This document shows, one piece after another, positions 1-13,229 of a DNA stretch of 64,000 bases. The DNA is taken from contig NMRA01000033.1 in assembly GCA_002633005.1 (NCBI GenBank), forward strand, positions 494,561 to 558,560, given 5' to 3'. A program made the translations under genes and the position numbers. This DNA comes from Phoronis australis. Lineage: Eukaryota > Animalia > Phoronida. Within the stretch, counting starts at the first letter, position 1. Each line of letters begins with the position of its first letter. The notes under the pieces are model-generated. The model made no database searches. It saw only the letters and a list, made by a program, of their open reading frames with translations, and was not told the origin of the DNA.

Positions 1-2
1 AC

Positions 3-3000
3 TAATATACAGAATATTGCTGAGATCTTCAACACCTGTTTTATGCTCAACTTGTTGACCAAGTGTTGTTGTGCTTCCTGGGCCTTCAAGTAAGCCACAT
101 AGGAGAGACGAGATAACTTGCTCTCTGTTGATTCTGCGACAAGTAGAGAAGGCAGCCAGTTCAGTAATGAGGCTGTGATGAGCACACATTGGACTTAGTG
201 GATATAAATGTATACGATAACATGCCAAGAATTGATTATTTTACAACGAGTCAATGAGTATGACCTTACTTTGCTTAGGAATTGAATAGAGTACGACACA
301 ATATGACAGAAAAGTAAAATTTAATTGTCTCGTTTTTTCTATAAGCGATTTCCAGCACTAAATTTATGCTTTCCATGTACAAGTGCTGCAACCACACCAT
401 CTACCAAACAATATTTAGAAACAATGTTGAAAAGTCCTTGGAACACAAAAAGGTGAGATTTTATCGTACAATGATTTTTGAGAAACACCATTTTTTATTA
501 AATATGTATCCTAAACAAATGACCCTAGGTCACACTTCATATGGTGTCAACAAGGATCACAAGTTTATTAGTATTTTCCTGATGGACTACAGGAAAGAAA
601 ATACTTAGAGCCTTTTTCTTTTACAATTTAAACCTGTGAATTCAAAAATGAAAATAATACCTGATAGGTGCCTGATTTCAGACAGCTGGCTAAATCGAAC
701 AGACTTCTTTCGACCAAGAGCTGAAGAGCAAAAGAAAACAACAGGCTGAAGCGTTTGTCCAGTTGACAGTCAGTACAATGACAGATCAAAGCATTTGTCC
801 AGCTGACAGTCAGTACAATGACAGATCAAAGCGGTTGTCCAGCTGACAGTCAGTACAATGACAGATCAAAGCGTTTGTTCAGCTGACAGTCAGTACAATG
901 ACAGATCAAAGCGTTTGTCCAGCTGACAGTCAGTACAATGACAGATCAAAGCACCGGTTCGAGATGAATAATTGATATATACGTTTAGTAGATTTTTTGT
1001 TAAGTTACGCAAAGGAAACAACTTCAATCAAAAATCATTGAAAGAATGTATCGCGTGCTTGCAATTGACATAAGCCTCAGTTCTAATTACCACAATTAAC
1101 TCTTACTTACAGCCTCATACAGACTTGGTTAGGACAAATATGAAAATACTGCAGCACAATACATATATACCGCAACTAAATGGCCGATGCATCTAAAGTT
1201 ACTTGCGACAAAATCAAGTTTGAGTGTACACACACAGCGCTTCCATTAATTACCTGCCGAACTGTCATCAGATTCAGTACCACTGCTGCGGCCGCCGTCG
1301 TATTTTATAGGTACATACATGGGCTCCCCCTGAAGACAGACAAAGTATTTAGTAGTGCAAATCAGCGGAGCACAGACTTTGACTTAAGTAAAATAAGATC
1401 AACATTGATAAGCAAGCTTAAAACACGACTTGTCATCAGAAATGAGCCAAACATTGAGCTCTATTGGTTGCATGCCTATCTGACTGTCATGAAGTGTAAT
1501 ATATATTAGACTAAGTGGCCTTCAACGTTTATGTTAGAATGTTCTTCTTGTCACGTCTGACATCCATCATATGGTACTGATCAAAGACAGCTGAAGTTAG
1601 TATTGAAGACATTCTCACCAGAGAAGAACTTAAATCTTCACCTTCTTCTGTAGCAACCTAAAAATAAAATTGTAAAGGGTAACTTAACATTAATGACTAC
1701 AGTCATTCCAGCACTTGCATTCGTACAGTGTTGTAACAAAAGTTGAAAAATGATAGCAAACTCTGTTACCCATATCACGACACTTGCCATCAGATCTAGA
1801 GTCTCAGGAAGTCCCATGTGACCATTTGAGTCCTATTTTTGATAACCCTTCGTGCAAAAGTGGAACTTTTTAAAAACATTTCCTTTGAAGAGTGCATACA
1901 ACATAGCATGTTAAAACTTTACATACATCCGACAAGTCATTTCTGAAATATGACTGAAGTTAGTCAAATTCAGACATTTTCTAGGGTTCTACATACCCAT
2001 CACAACAGCTAATGAATAAGAGTTGTCCATGCTCATTACTGGATCCTATGGCTAGTTAAACACGAAAAATTACTTAAGCCCCACCTCAAACCAATTACCA
2101 GGCCCCTGTATCAGGATCACGATGGAGGCACACACTTTCATAGCATTGAGGTTACCCATAGCCACTGGATGAAAATACCATTTCAATTACAAGAACTAAT
2201 TCATTTACAGTTAAGTAACAGGGGCTGCTTCTTGGAACGTCTTGGACCTTTGCCAAGACCGAAACTGTTCTAACTTAAGACAGACAAATCTGTCTTACAG
2301 TAGTCCAGTTTCATGAAATTTATTGAGACCAAAATTAGGGCTGAAACATTGTCTGCTACAGAATAGGATAAAGATCAACTTTTTGGTAAAAAGGTACCAC
2401 TGTCATCAGTGTAACCTGCTGATCTTTTTCACTGTTTTACAATGCAGTGGCCCCAAGCAATGTTAAATTGTGTATTGTCTGCTTTCAATCCTTACATTGG
2501 TAAAGTGTTGACACATCGCAGAATGAGTTACCACAATTCTGATGTCACATTTTTAGCTACACCAGTACCTCATCATGTAAATGAGGTCACATGCACTTAT
2601 AGCTATGAGACATGCCAATTTAGAGTTAGTAGAGAATTTTTAAAACTGGATTTCACGCATTGCCTTGCCTTCTAGTAGCTTTGTGAATCTGCAACAGGTG
2701 GCAGTTAGTATGGTCAACAATGGCGAAAATTAACTTAACGGCACCACTGTGTGCTTACACTAATCTCTTGACTACACTAAATGCCCCACTGTGTACTTAA
2801 ACCCACCTCTCAACTTCACCGAATGTACTACTGTGTACTTACACACATCTCTCAGCTACACTGAATGTACGACTGTGTACTTAAACCCACCTCTCAACTT
2901 CACCGAATGTACTACTGTGTACTTACACACATCTCTCAGCTNNNNNNNNNNNNNNNNNNNNNNNNNNNNNNNNNNNNNNNNNNNNNNNNNNNNNNNNNNN

Positions 3001-5087
3001 NNNNNNNNNNNNNNNNNNNNNNNNNNNNNNNNNNNNNNNNNNNNNNNNNNNNNNNNNNNNNNNNNNNNNNNNNNNNNNNNNNNNNNNNNNNNNNNNNNNN
3101 NNNNNNNNNNNNNNNNNNNNNNNNNNNNNNNNNNNNNNNNNNNNNNNNNNNNNNNNNNNNNNNNNNNNNNNNNNNNNNNNNNNNNNNNNNNNNNNNNNNN
3201 NNNNNNNNNNNNNNNNNNNNNNNNNNNNNNNNNNNNNNNNNNNNNNNNNNNNNNNNNNNNNNNNNNNNNNNNNNNNNNNNNNNNNNNNNNNNNNNNNNNN
3301 NNNNNNNNNNNNNNNNNNNNNNNNNNNNTACCACTGTGTACTTACACACATCTCTCGGCTACACTGAATGTACCACTGTGTACTTACACACATCTCTCAG
3401 CTACACTGAATGTACCACTGTGTACTTACACACATCTCTCAGCTACACTGAATGTACCACTGTGTACTTACACACATCTCTCGGCTACACTGAATATACC
3501 ACTGTGTACTTACACACATCTCTCGGCTACACTGAATATACCACTGTGTACTTACACACATCTCTCAGCTACACTGAATGTACCACTGTGTACTTACACA
3601 CATCTCTCGGCTACACTGAATGCGCCAAGGCCTCCAGAAGAGAAAGCCGACCAGATAAATGGCAAACAGAGACGTCTTCAGGTAAGTGGTGAAGTAGGGC
3701 TTAGAGAACTCCATGTCTTTGAAGATGAACTGAAATGTTAGGTCAGTGCCAATCAGTACAAAAAACAATCAAATACCGTAAAATTTCACCATTACAGGAC
3801 CAATACAGCAGATGTGTGAAATTGTGTTTAACATTTTTCCCTAAACTTTAAAGCTGAATTTTACCTAGTTTAGCTGGCTACAAAAAGAAAATCCAATTAA
3901 GAATTTTATTTTCATCAAGTCTGTTTCATAACACTCCTTAACGTGTGAGGATTTTCTTTCTGTTATCAGCTTGAGTCACAGGTAAAGTGTGCAAGTATCA
4001 TTTTTGTTGGTAACAGATATAGAATTCTATAACTTTAAGGAATACTGAGACCGACTTTATGACAATCAACTTTCGATTTAGCCGGCTAAACAGAGCAAAA
4101 GTCAGCTTTAAATAGCACAAAATAAATGTTCAGTCATTTTCAAGTTTTATGCTATAACTATCATCTGACTAAACTTTGAGAAATTGTGGATATTCAGAAC
4201 GAGGTTAAAACCACTTGAAAACTGAAAAAGGTCAATTTTGGCAATTATTTTTGCTCGAAACTGGAGATTTTGCTGCACCGTATACTCAGCATATCCCCAT
4301 AACACTATACCACTGTGCTGTTCATAGTACTTGGAAGATATTGCCCCGACAGCTTGTTGCCATCTAAAAGTATCAAGGGTGTATCAAGAATGCGAAGGAC
4401 AGACCCTGTGGTAAACATTACTGTCACAAAAACGTAGCATACATGACCAGTGACAGGTTGTATTGTCCCTGAGATAACAAAGACAAAGCAAAGATTATGT
4501 TCAATTCCAAATATGACGTGTGCTTTCATACAGTATTATTTCATAGATGAAACATCAATCAAATGAAATTTGTCAAATCCAGCATTATTACACGATTTGT
4601 AAATAAGATTAACAGTCAGTAAGAAAAAAGCTACAAACAAATGTCCGAGTTTGATGAATTGCCCTACTAAATGTGAAAACAGCTTCACATCCTGTACATA
4701 AAAACTGTCATCGCTAAAACTAATAACTGTGGTATCAGTGATAATCCATTTGTCTAGAATCGACACCAGAAACAAGTTGAATATTTTTTCGCAATACATA
4801 ATATAGCCAATAGCTTAGCTGCAAAGACAACAAGAAAACCTATGTACTTAGGCAGAAAATTACAGTGCTTTACAGAATGAATTTTCATTATTGGTTACTT
4901 TTGCACTCTAAAACAAATTGCCCATCATATGACATTTACTGTAAAGATTTACGTTTAAAAATCCACACTAACTTACTTCTGTCAGCTCTGACGATGCGAC
5001 CCATAATATATTGACGATAAACAAGACGGCGAGACCTAGAACCAGTCGTTTCGTACGAGACCAGCGTGATGTCTCTAGCCCAATCAT
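3..5087 (-). CDS. SLC35F5: Solute carrier family 35 member F5-like transporter, 5' portion (spliced; continues beyond left edge)
   Basis: Phase-compatible GT-AG exons: 4977-5087 (MIGLETSRWSRTKRLVLGLAVLFIVNILWVASSELTE), 3598-3729 (FIFKDMEFSKPYFTTYLKTSLFAIYLVGFLFWRPWRIQCSREMC), 1619-1657, 1254-1329 (GEPMYVPIKY), 661-720 (KKSVRFSQLSEIRHL), 3-133 (KLSRLSY...KLSIKQVLKISAIFCIL). The WVASSELT, KPYFTTYLKTS, VRFS and KLSRxSY motifs are typical of SLC35F5. An in-frame TGA lies just upstream of the ATG at 5087. Confidence 0.92.
750..952. repeat. 40-bp minisatellite (~5 copies) just upstream of an SLC35F5 splice acceptor
   Basis: Unit GTTTGTCCAGCTGACAGTCAGTACAATGACAGATCAAAGC repeated in tandem. Confidence 0.95.
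2740..3622. repeat. 42-bp minisatellite containing the SLC35F5 exon end and splice donor; spans an N-gap
   Basis: Unit TACCACTGTGTACTTACACACATCTCTC(A/G)GCTACACTGAATG on both sides of gap 2942-3328; the last unit overlaps exon 3598-3729. Confidence 0.95.
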
Positions 5088-7034
5088 AGTTGATCAAGAG
5101 TAATCAGCTGCAAGAGAAAAAGAAGACATGGATAATGATAAATCTTGCATCAAAAAGTCTCCGTAGTTCATTTCATTTGTGGACATTTTACTGGCTAATC
5201 CTATCCAAGCATAAGAAACTCTGGGCACTCCTTGAGAGACAGCACTCCCTCATATCAGGATCGCCGACTAAAAGATCCTTTTGTGTAGAGCAGAGCCATT
5301 GACATTTTCTAAAAGCAGCGACGTGCTGGAACATGCCTTGTCGCTCGATGGCGATAGGGTAGTTGGTGACTGGCATTTTGTATTCATGTATGGATTGCAT
5401 GCAGAGGGATATTTCCCAGTTTTTTAATTTTAATTCCTTCCCACCATCATGCCATCAAATTGTCATTGTTCTGATTTTCAAATGAACCACACAAAAATTT
5501 CCCAATATCTCGTAAATAAAAGAAATTGTGTCTTGTTCCTGTACACTCATCCTGTCTTGCACACAAGAATTAGAAATTGATTCAAGCCAAAAATGCTTTT
5601 ATTAGCATTCTCAAATCGCTAGACACCTGTATGTGAACTGTTTCACATAACTGCAACTTTTAGAAATGTGGTATAATTGGGCCTATGTGTCAGCACATTT
5701 GATATTGGACAAATGTAAGGTGGAAATTACTTAACTAAACAGCAACACGATATCAGCATTTGAATCCCCCACTATCATCCAACAAACTCAGAAAGCCGGT
5801 GCTGTCTCTAATACTTTTTTCAAAATACAACTACACTAGTTAAAACCTAGTAATTTTATGTAAAGTGTTGATAACACGCCAAAACATATCGCTAAGACTA
5901 CACCAAAAAAAAACACATTATTTAGAGAACAGTCTCATGGTTTCAAAAATGTTTATCATAACTGGAATGACTTGGTTGACAGCCGTTCATTCCACAGGGC
6001 TCATTGTAATGTTTAAAATGACTCCCAAGTTAAATTTAACACCCATATGTCAGATATTAATTTTTAATGTTAAACACAATGAGTTTACACTGTTGACATG
6101 CACCAATATTGTTAAATTGAAAATCCACCATTGCACAGTCTGGAGGCGTGAAAGCACTTAATTAATAAACTATATGGAGTTATGGCGCTGGTCTCAAGGT
6201 GATGCATAAATTAACTAAATATACCATTTCATAGGTAAAAAATCTTTCAAAACAAGTTTAGGCAAGCTTCAAAGCTTTAATATTCATACAAGATATCCAC
6301 ATTATTCATTTTCCATGATAGAGATTTCAACCACGTTTTGAACTTTATCCTGATAAAGTATTATGTAATCAGTACACTAGGATCTCTCACCCTTACAATA
6401 CCTGTAATAATGTGTGTCATGTGTGTGGTAATTGGTTCACAGCCTATACCAGCGTTATAGGATGAAATCTCAAAAACACCACGCCATTTTGTTTTCATTT
6501 GATGCAACTTTTAAAAATCATTTAAGTCCTGTTATGTTAACCACTCATGCCAAAGCGGAACACCTTAAAAACAATTGTTACCATCATTTTGGACAGCAGC
6601 ACATAAAGTAGAGTATGTCAAACTTTCATATGGCAAGCCATTTCAGAGGTATGACATTCCAAAATTAGCCAAATTTGGACCTTGTTCTAGGGAACTAAAT
6701 TTAACCTTAATCTAACCATTAACCTGAATGTCTTGATGAAACTTGCATGAATTCAACAAAAGCGAATGATTCATATTGATTGAAAGATAACTGAATGGCA
6801 TTCAGTCTTCTAAGAAAAAGAACAGTGTATTTTGGTCTCTCACATTTGCTTCCATACCGTCATTCAGTGGTTGAATTCAAAACTATTCCAGGACAACAAA
6901 ACGAGACTAGAGTCCTTGACGACTGTTTGGTCGGTTTAGTATGCCTAGCTATAGTCACTGCATGTCATCTGCCAAAGAGTTGCAGTTTTCCCAGGAATTT
7001 CGACTGACCTGAGTGGGCTTGCAGGCTACTCTGG

Positions 7035-7625
7035 AGGTAGACGGTGACCAGCATCTCTAGCTAATAGAGACGGTGTTGCTTCTATAGGAGCTTCATACGC
7101 CACAAGATTTTTGGCGAATTATGTCTCACATTGACTAAAACATCAAAGTCACGTTGTTATACCGTAAATACCTTTTGCACATAGAGGGACACCTTAGGAA
7201 GCCGTCGATGTATTTAATTCCTTCCAACTCGATGAAATACTCCTGTTCTCAAACTTTGTCTTCAAGCAGTCCCTCGTTCAGTTCCCAAAATCAGTAACTG
7301 GCCATTTTTACACTGCGCACACCAGGGGATGTGAAGTCATACCACCTGCCGCGTGCCACGTTAAAAATGGAGAGTTTCCGATTTTGGGAGCTGAACGAGG
7401 GACTGCATGAAGAAAGTTTGATAACGGACTAATATTTCTTCGAGTTGGAAAGAAGTAAATACAGCGGCCTCCTAAGGTGTCTCTCTCTATGCGCAAAAGG
7501 TATTTACAACAACGTGACTTTGACGTTTTAGTCAGTGGGAGGCAAAATTCGCTGAAAACAAAAGCTTCCAGCGTATGACGCCAGCACAGACAATGGTCAT
7601 TGTCTAGAGACAGTAGTCACAGTCT
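7035..7625. mobile_element. Long palindromic (foldback/MITE-like) element
   Basis: ~7035-7320 is the diverged reverse complement of ~7350-7625, e.g. GACTAAAACATCAAAGTCACGTTGTT vs AACAACGTGACTTTGACGTTTTAGTC, and CAGTCCCTCGTTCAGTTCCCAAAATC vs GATTTTGGGAGCTGAACGAGGGACTG. Confidence 0.8.
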
Positions 7626-8803
7626 TCTTGGGAAGGTCTATCAAGATGTAATAGAATTGTTTTGAATAATAACGCTCACTTTTTGTTCCGGGTAACTGAT
7701 TTCCAAACAGGAAGTAATTGAATAATGCAACTACTCATTGTGAACCATGCAATCATTGAACATCGCCATGTAAAGAGCCCCATGAATGATATCGTCCATT
7801 TCTGATTCACTTTCAATTTTACAGCAGAAACGATGACTCAAAATCACTGAATCGGGAACACTCAAGGTGACACTGTCACAATTATCAACAGCCTTCTCAA
7901 GTACAAATGTTGCAGAGGTGTAGCCCAATGATCTTAGATTGAAATATAATGTTAAATTGCCTGTCTGTGATATAAAACTTAGTGTGCTACAAGANNNNNN
8001 NNNNNNNNNNNNNNNNNNNNNNNNNNNNNNNNNNNNNNNNNNNNNNNNNNNNNNNNNNNNNNNNNNNNNNNNNNNNNNNNNNNNNNNNNNNNNNNNNNNN
8101 NNNNNNNNNNNNNNNNNNNNNNNNNNNNNNNNNNNNNNNNNNNNNNNNNNNNNNNNNNNNNNNNNNNNNNNNNNNNNNNNNNNNNNNNNNNNNNNNNNNN
8201 NNNNNNNNNNNNNNNNNNNNNNNNNNNNNNNNNNNNNNNNNNNNNNNNNNNNNNNNNNNNNNNNNNNNNNNNNNNNNNNNNNNNNNNNNNNNNNNNNNNN
8301 NNNNNNNNNNNNNNNNNNNNNNNNNNNNNNNNNNNNNNNNNNNNNNNNNNNNNNNNNNNNNNNNNNNNNNNNNNNNNNNNNNNNNNNNNNNNNNNNNNNN
8401 NNNNNNNNNNNNNNNNNNNNNNNNNNNNNNNNNNNNNNNNNNNNNNNNNNNNNNNNNNNNNNNNNNNNNNNNNNNNNNNNNNNNNNNNNNNNNNNNNNNN
8501 NNNNNNNNNNNNNNNNNNNNNNNNNNNNNNNNNNNNNNNNNNNNNNNNNNNNNNNNNNNNNNNNNNNNNNNNNNNNNNNNNNNNNNNNNNNNNNNNNNNN
8601 NNNNNNNNNNNNNNNNNNNNNNNNNNNNNNNNNNNNNNNNNNNNNNNNNNNNNNNNNNNNNNNNNNNNNNNNNNNNNNNNNNNNNNNNNNNNNNNNNNNN
8701 NNNNNNNNNNNNNNNNNNNNNNNNNNNNNNNNNNNNNNNNNNNNNNNNNNNNNNNNNNNNNNNNNNNNNNNNNNNNNNNNNNNNNNNNNNNNNNNNNNNN
8801 NNN

Positions 8804-9375
8804 GGGATGAGGAAATAGGTTTTTCATTTGAGGGGAAATATGCAGTGTAGAAAGATGTTTTTTGAAGACGTGGCTAATTCCGTTTAAACATGGATTGAAC
8901 ATAGTTATGAAAGGTATTCTATTAGTAGTATTGCCTTTAGTTTTAGTTCTTAAAGATTCATTTCGAGTAATTGAGCGGACTTTGTCAAACTGTTTGTGTA
9001 TAAGATGTAAGGGGAAATGACGTTGAATTAGATAGTACTTGAGTTCTTTTAAACGGTTATTAAAGGAAGTTTCTTCTGAACAAATGCGTCGAATTCTTAG
9101 GGCAAGGCTATATGGAAGGCTTTTCTTGCAATGAAAGGGATGACACGAGTGATATGACAGATACTGGTGTTTGTCAGTTTCTTTACAGAATAAGTCAGTT
9201 TCTAGTTTATCATTATTAAGAGTGACAGTTACATCTAAAAATGAGACTTTATTTTGAGAAATGTCATGAGTGAACTTTATAGTAGGGTGAAATTTGTTAA
9301 TATTTTCTAAAAATACATCTAATTTTTGTGGACCATGGGTCCATATCATAAAAATGTCATCAATGTATCTTCCCC
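8804..9375 (-). mobile_element. Penelope-like retroelement reverse transcriptase fragment (5'-truncated; 3' part lost in gap 7995-8803)
   Basis: Open frame RYIDDIFMIW...FLENINKFHPTIKFT...VSFLDVTV...TDLFCKETDKHQYLSYHSCHPFHCKKSLPYSLALRIRRICS: the YxDD catalytic motif plus the C-terminal/thumb region characteristic of PLE RTs. Confidence 0.92.
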
Positions 9376-12300
9376 TTCTCTGGCTAAAAAAACTCAAATT
9401 TCAGTTGATCCATTCTTGTTGTTTTATTTACCGATTTACATTTTTCATTATTAGAAAAGGCGGAGAGTTACGCAAGAAAATGACGTTTATTGCATTGTTT
9501 TTCACTTAAACGGCTGTAACGGGCAAGGTGAGTGTCGGTTAACGTTGATTCCCAGATTTTGCATGCACCCCCGGCGTCCGGTCTCAGTTTAGCTTTACAT
9601 GTTGATACAAGTTTCACGGCGCGGTGACGAGCAGAACTACCCTGGCTGTGTGCAATTTCGGGGTCTACGGAAGAAATACACACAGTGGTACCTAGCTGTA
9701 TTTTGACGACAGTCTTCATACAGCTAGCTGGCTGGCTAACTGTACTCGTGAGGCACAAGCAGCCACACCTCTGGCCCGCGAGCCGTCTTGTGATTGGTGT
9801 TCTCCGACTACTGAGCCGGCGCGCAGACGGTAAATATACTTGTTTTAGAAAAAAATCAGAAACAAAACTGGACTGGAGGAACTCAGTGCGGAGACAGTAA
9901 TTTCATGTTGAAGAGGGTTATACCGATCACTAGATCATGAAGCTTAACGTTCAAAAATATCTGACCACTTGGTCTCATTAAGTTAAACCCTTCGAGACTA
10001 AGTCTTGCTTCAGTACCGTCGGGCGGCCCTCAGTTCATGGTTTTGAATCACGCGGCTCTCAACTTGAGGTCGCATAACGCGTGAAGTCCAGGCTCAAGTT
10101 AAAGTAAAAGTGCATGTGACTGCCCTTTCAGATGAAATTTTGCAGAAATACATCCACTGGCGAATCCACGGTCGGATATGTGGTCGTTGATTCATTGAAA
10201 ATAGTAGTTCATATATAGACTTGATTTCCGACGTGTCACAAAACTGTGTGATCATCGAGCACTTTTAAAATCTCGATCATGTCTCTCATGATGATTTGTG
10301 ATTACGAAAAGCGTTATTTCAAAAAAGTTACCCTTTTACCGTGAAGTTCTTTGCATATATACAGCATCTGCGCACGCGTTTATAGTAGCTCAGTCCATCT
10401 TTTTTCATTAATAAGTGGCGCAGACGGCTGCTGTTTTTACATATAAAAGTGTCACACTTGTATTAAAATGAGTGTTTCCTGATGCCTTTTGTCCAGACTT
10501 GGCACTTTTCGTAGAGTAGTTCCCCGACTTTGCATAATCCTTTTGTAGGACATTCTCGGCGATAAAAGTACTGAGATTTTACATAAATTATCAGTAGGGC
10601 GCATTCAAACCTAACAAACTCCGGTGTAGTATCTGAACGATCGGCCATTCTCGGTGCTGCCGTTGAGTCAAACTTCATCCCACGCGTTAGCGTTGGCGTT
10701 TTTAAATAGTAAAGACACGGGCCTTGATTTCAGAAAATATTTGGCTGACAACGACAAGAATTGGGGATTTGTAGTATTATCACAGCAACTCAGTGGGTTT
10801 TTTTAATCCTGGAAAAAATAAATGAAGATTTCTCGCAGTCTCAAAAATCAGGGATCATAGCCTGATATAAAAGACCATGATTTAGAGAAATGAAATCCTA
10901 GTTACATAAGGCTCCTAGTTTGCTGTATTTTTGCGTGTTTTCCGCAAAATTGTACTCGAGTGAACATAGCTAAATAATTCGTGAATTTTTACATTCACGT
11001 GATGAATTTCAGTGAAAAATTCACAATTCAGTTTTATAATTGCGAACTACTTAGCACAATGTACTTACTTAAAAGGGCCACGATATACTGCCAAAGATGA
11101 ACACCGAAATATAGTATTTCAAGAACATCTTCAGCACAGCCAAAAAATGTGATGTTCGTTGATTGTGATACCTTATTTCCTTCCGAAACTAAACGTGTAA
11201 ACTTTAGTAGGCGAGCAACATTTATGACATCGTTTCTGAAAGATTGTCCCGCCGTATGCGGGTAGTACCAGCAAAGAATGAACGTACTGAGACCCATAAT
11301 GTCTCGAGGGAGAAGGGGCAATGTTTTAGCAGTAATGTGCCTCATAGAAAGACACGTTACGCACTGATGGACTGAAGTTTTTGCTTCGAAATCAGGAAAA
11401 AGGACTTCCACGGAACAAACCCGTCGCTTACGCAATCGCAAACATACTCGTAAAGTAACATTGACGACAAGTCTTTGCATTCCATGTGTTAGGATTATCG
11501 ACATAGTCGGTTTATTTTTCGTAGTCTTGGTTACATTTAAATCTTAAGACTTAAAATCCCAGCCCCTCACTTATAAAACGCTTCGCTTCCAATGAACAAC
11601 CATGACTGCTTGAAACCATATACAACAAACTTCACAGTAATATTGAAACCATGCTACAGTTATCTTATTTACGTCGAGTTCAGTTCGCCACGCATGTCGC
11701 CAAGTCTGTACGATAACACCAACACTGAACCCGTTAGGCAAAATTAAAATTTAATACTTTTACCTTTCTCGTCGCCGTGTGTGTCTTTAAGTGCACATAA
11801 AAGAGATACGACCACCAGTCAGTCAATAAAATTGGTGCTCGACAAGTACTCGAACGTCATCCCTTGCATTTTAGGATCAAAATAGAAAGATACTGTAGTT
11901 AAATCCAGTTTGCGTTGTTGCAAAATCGTCAGAATTTCAAAGTCTTGAGAGTATATGTCAGTCGAAATGAAATACGCGTACTGAACACATTCAACAAAAT
12001 ACACGTAAACAAATTTCCACTAGTTAAAATTTTAATTCAAAGACAGACAACCACCGTGACTTTCCTTAATGACATTGGTAAAATCGACATCGGAGGAAAA
12101 CTAGGATTTGGCTCTTTTTTCATTAAGATAATTGCGTTTTCAGGATTAAAAAGGATTCACCCACTAAGACCCAATTCAAAGTTTTATATGCTTTTTAGAG
12201 ATAAACTTGATTGGAAATGCGCGCTACTAGCACACTTACTTTGAAGTCTTTAGAACGCGGGAAAAAGTTTAAGTTCACGTAACATATCGTCATCAATACT

Positions 12301-12951
12301 CGACGTCACAGTCGCGTCTGTCGAAAAACCATCGAGACGGCTAAAAAGGCTGTCCCATTTTAACACCAATTTTTTCCATCTTTTGGTGAGTACCTGTTCT
12401 ATTGTTCATTGCTTACAATCTTCAAGTAAGAATTTCGTCTTGCCAAATCAAAATGAGACCAAACAGTACATGATTAATGATGAAATTTCCGAATTTCCTT
12501 TTGCTAAATACGCAAAGATTTCGCTCTAGCGTTACATACACGTGCCTGATCATAATTCCCGCCAAATATTCGTGAAATAAATTACTTCTCAAAAACTGAC
12601 ACCTTTAATACTGTGAACTATTGCACTAAACTTAGTAATTCGCGCTCCAGTTGCAGGTCATTTGTCTGTGATATACACTGATCACCTAGGATTGATGCTA
12701 GTCAGTACACCACACCAGCCCCGAATATCAAATAGGAGTGATGCGTTGGCTATGACAATACAGGGTTCATGACTTCATCGCGACCCTTTTGTCATGTGTA
12801 AAATGTTCCTTCCGTTCTTTTCGGTTCCACAAATCTAGATAAACTAACATCTTGTTTTTTTCAAGTTTCTAATGCAGACATTTGACATTCTTATGGCCAA
12901 ACTTTCACTTTCCCATAATAAACTCGCTTCTATGAAAACTTTGGAGACCAG

Positions 12952-13199
12952 GGGCCTGTTCCAAGAAAGTGACTTAAGTTCATTTTTGACTTAAGTTTAA
13001 GATTTGTCTTAAATTCCAAACCTTGAAACTCCCACATTCGGTAAGGTAGTCAAAATTAAGACAAAACCTATGTCACACACATAAGCCAAACTTAAGATCT
13101 CTTTCTTGAATTGCTTTTGAGACAAATTTAACTTGTGCTTTAAAATTTACTAAAATTTAAGATTTGTCTTAGCTAAGTCAGTTTTGTTAGAACGGGTCC
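12952..13199. mobile_element. Non-autonomous DNA transposon (MITE, Harbinger-like), copy 1
   Basis: Imperfect TIRs GGGCCTGTTCC...AGAACGGGTCC flanked by CAG on both sides; inverted homologue at ~47787-48026. Confidence 0.75.
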
Positions 13200-13229
13200 C
13201 AGTTCCTTATTTTATTCACAGGGACAGCA

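Noticed and set aside
2791-8850. Long ORFs in the track at 2791-3741, 2865-3692, 2923-3393, 2936-3349, 7939-8850 and 7982-8818
   Set aside because: They are read-through of N-gaps and of the 42-bp repeat, not genes.
9400-12300. Short ORFs between the PLE and the SKICH gene (e.g. 10463-10678, 11034-11504, 11915-12244)
   Set aside because: No recognisable domain and no chain of phase-compatible exons could be built.
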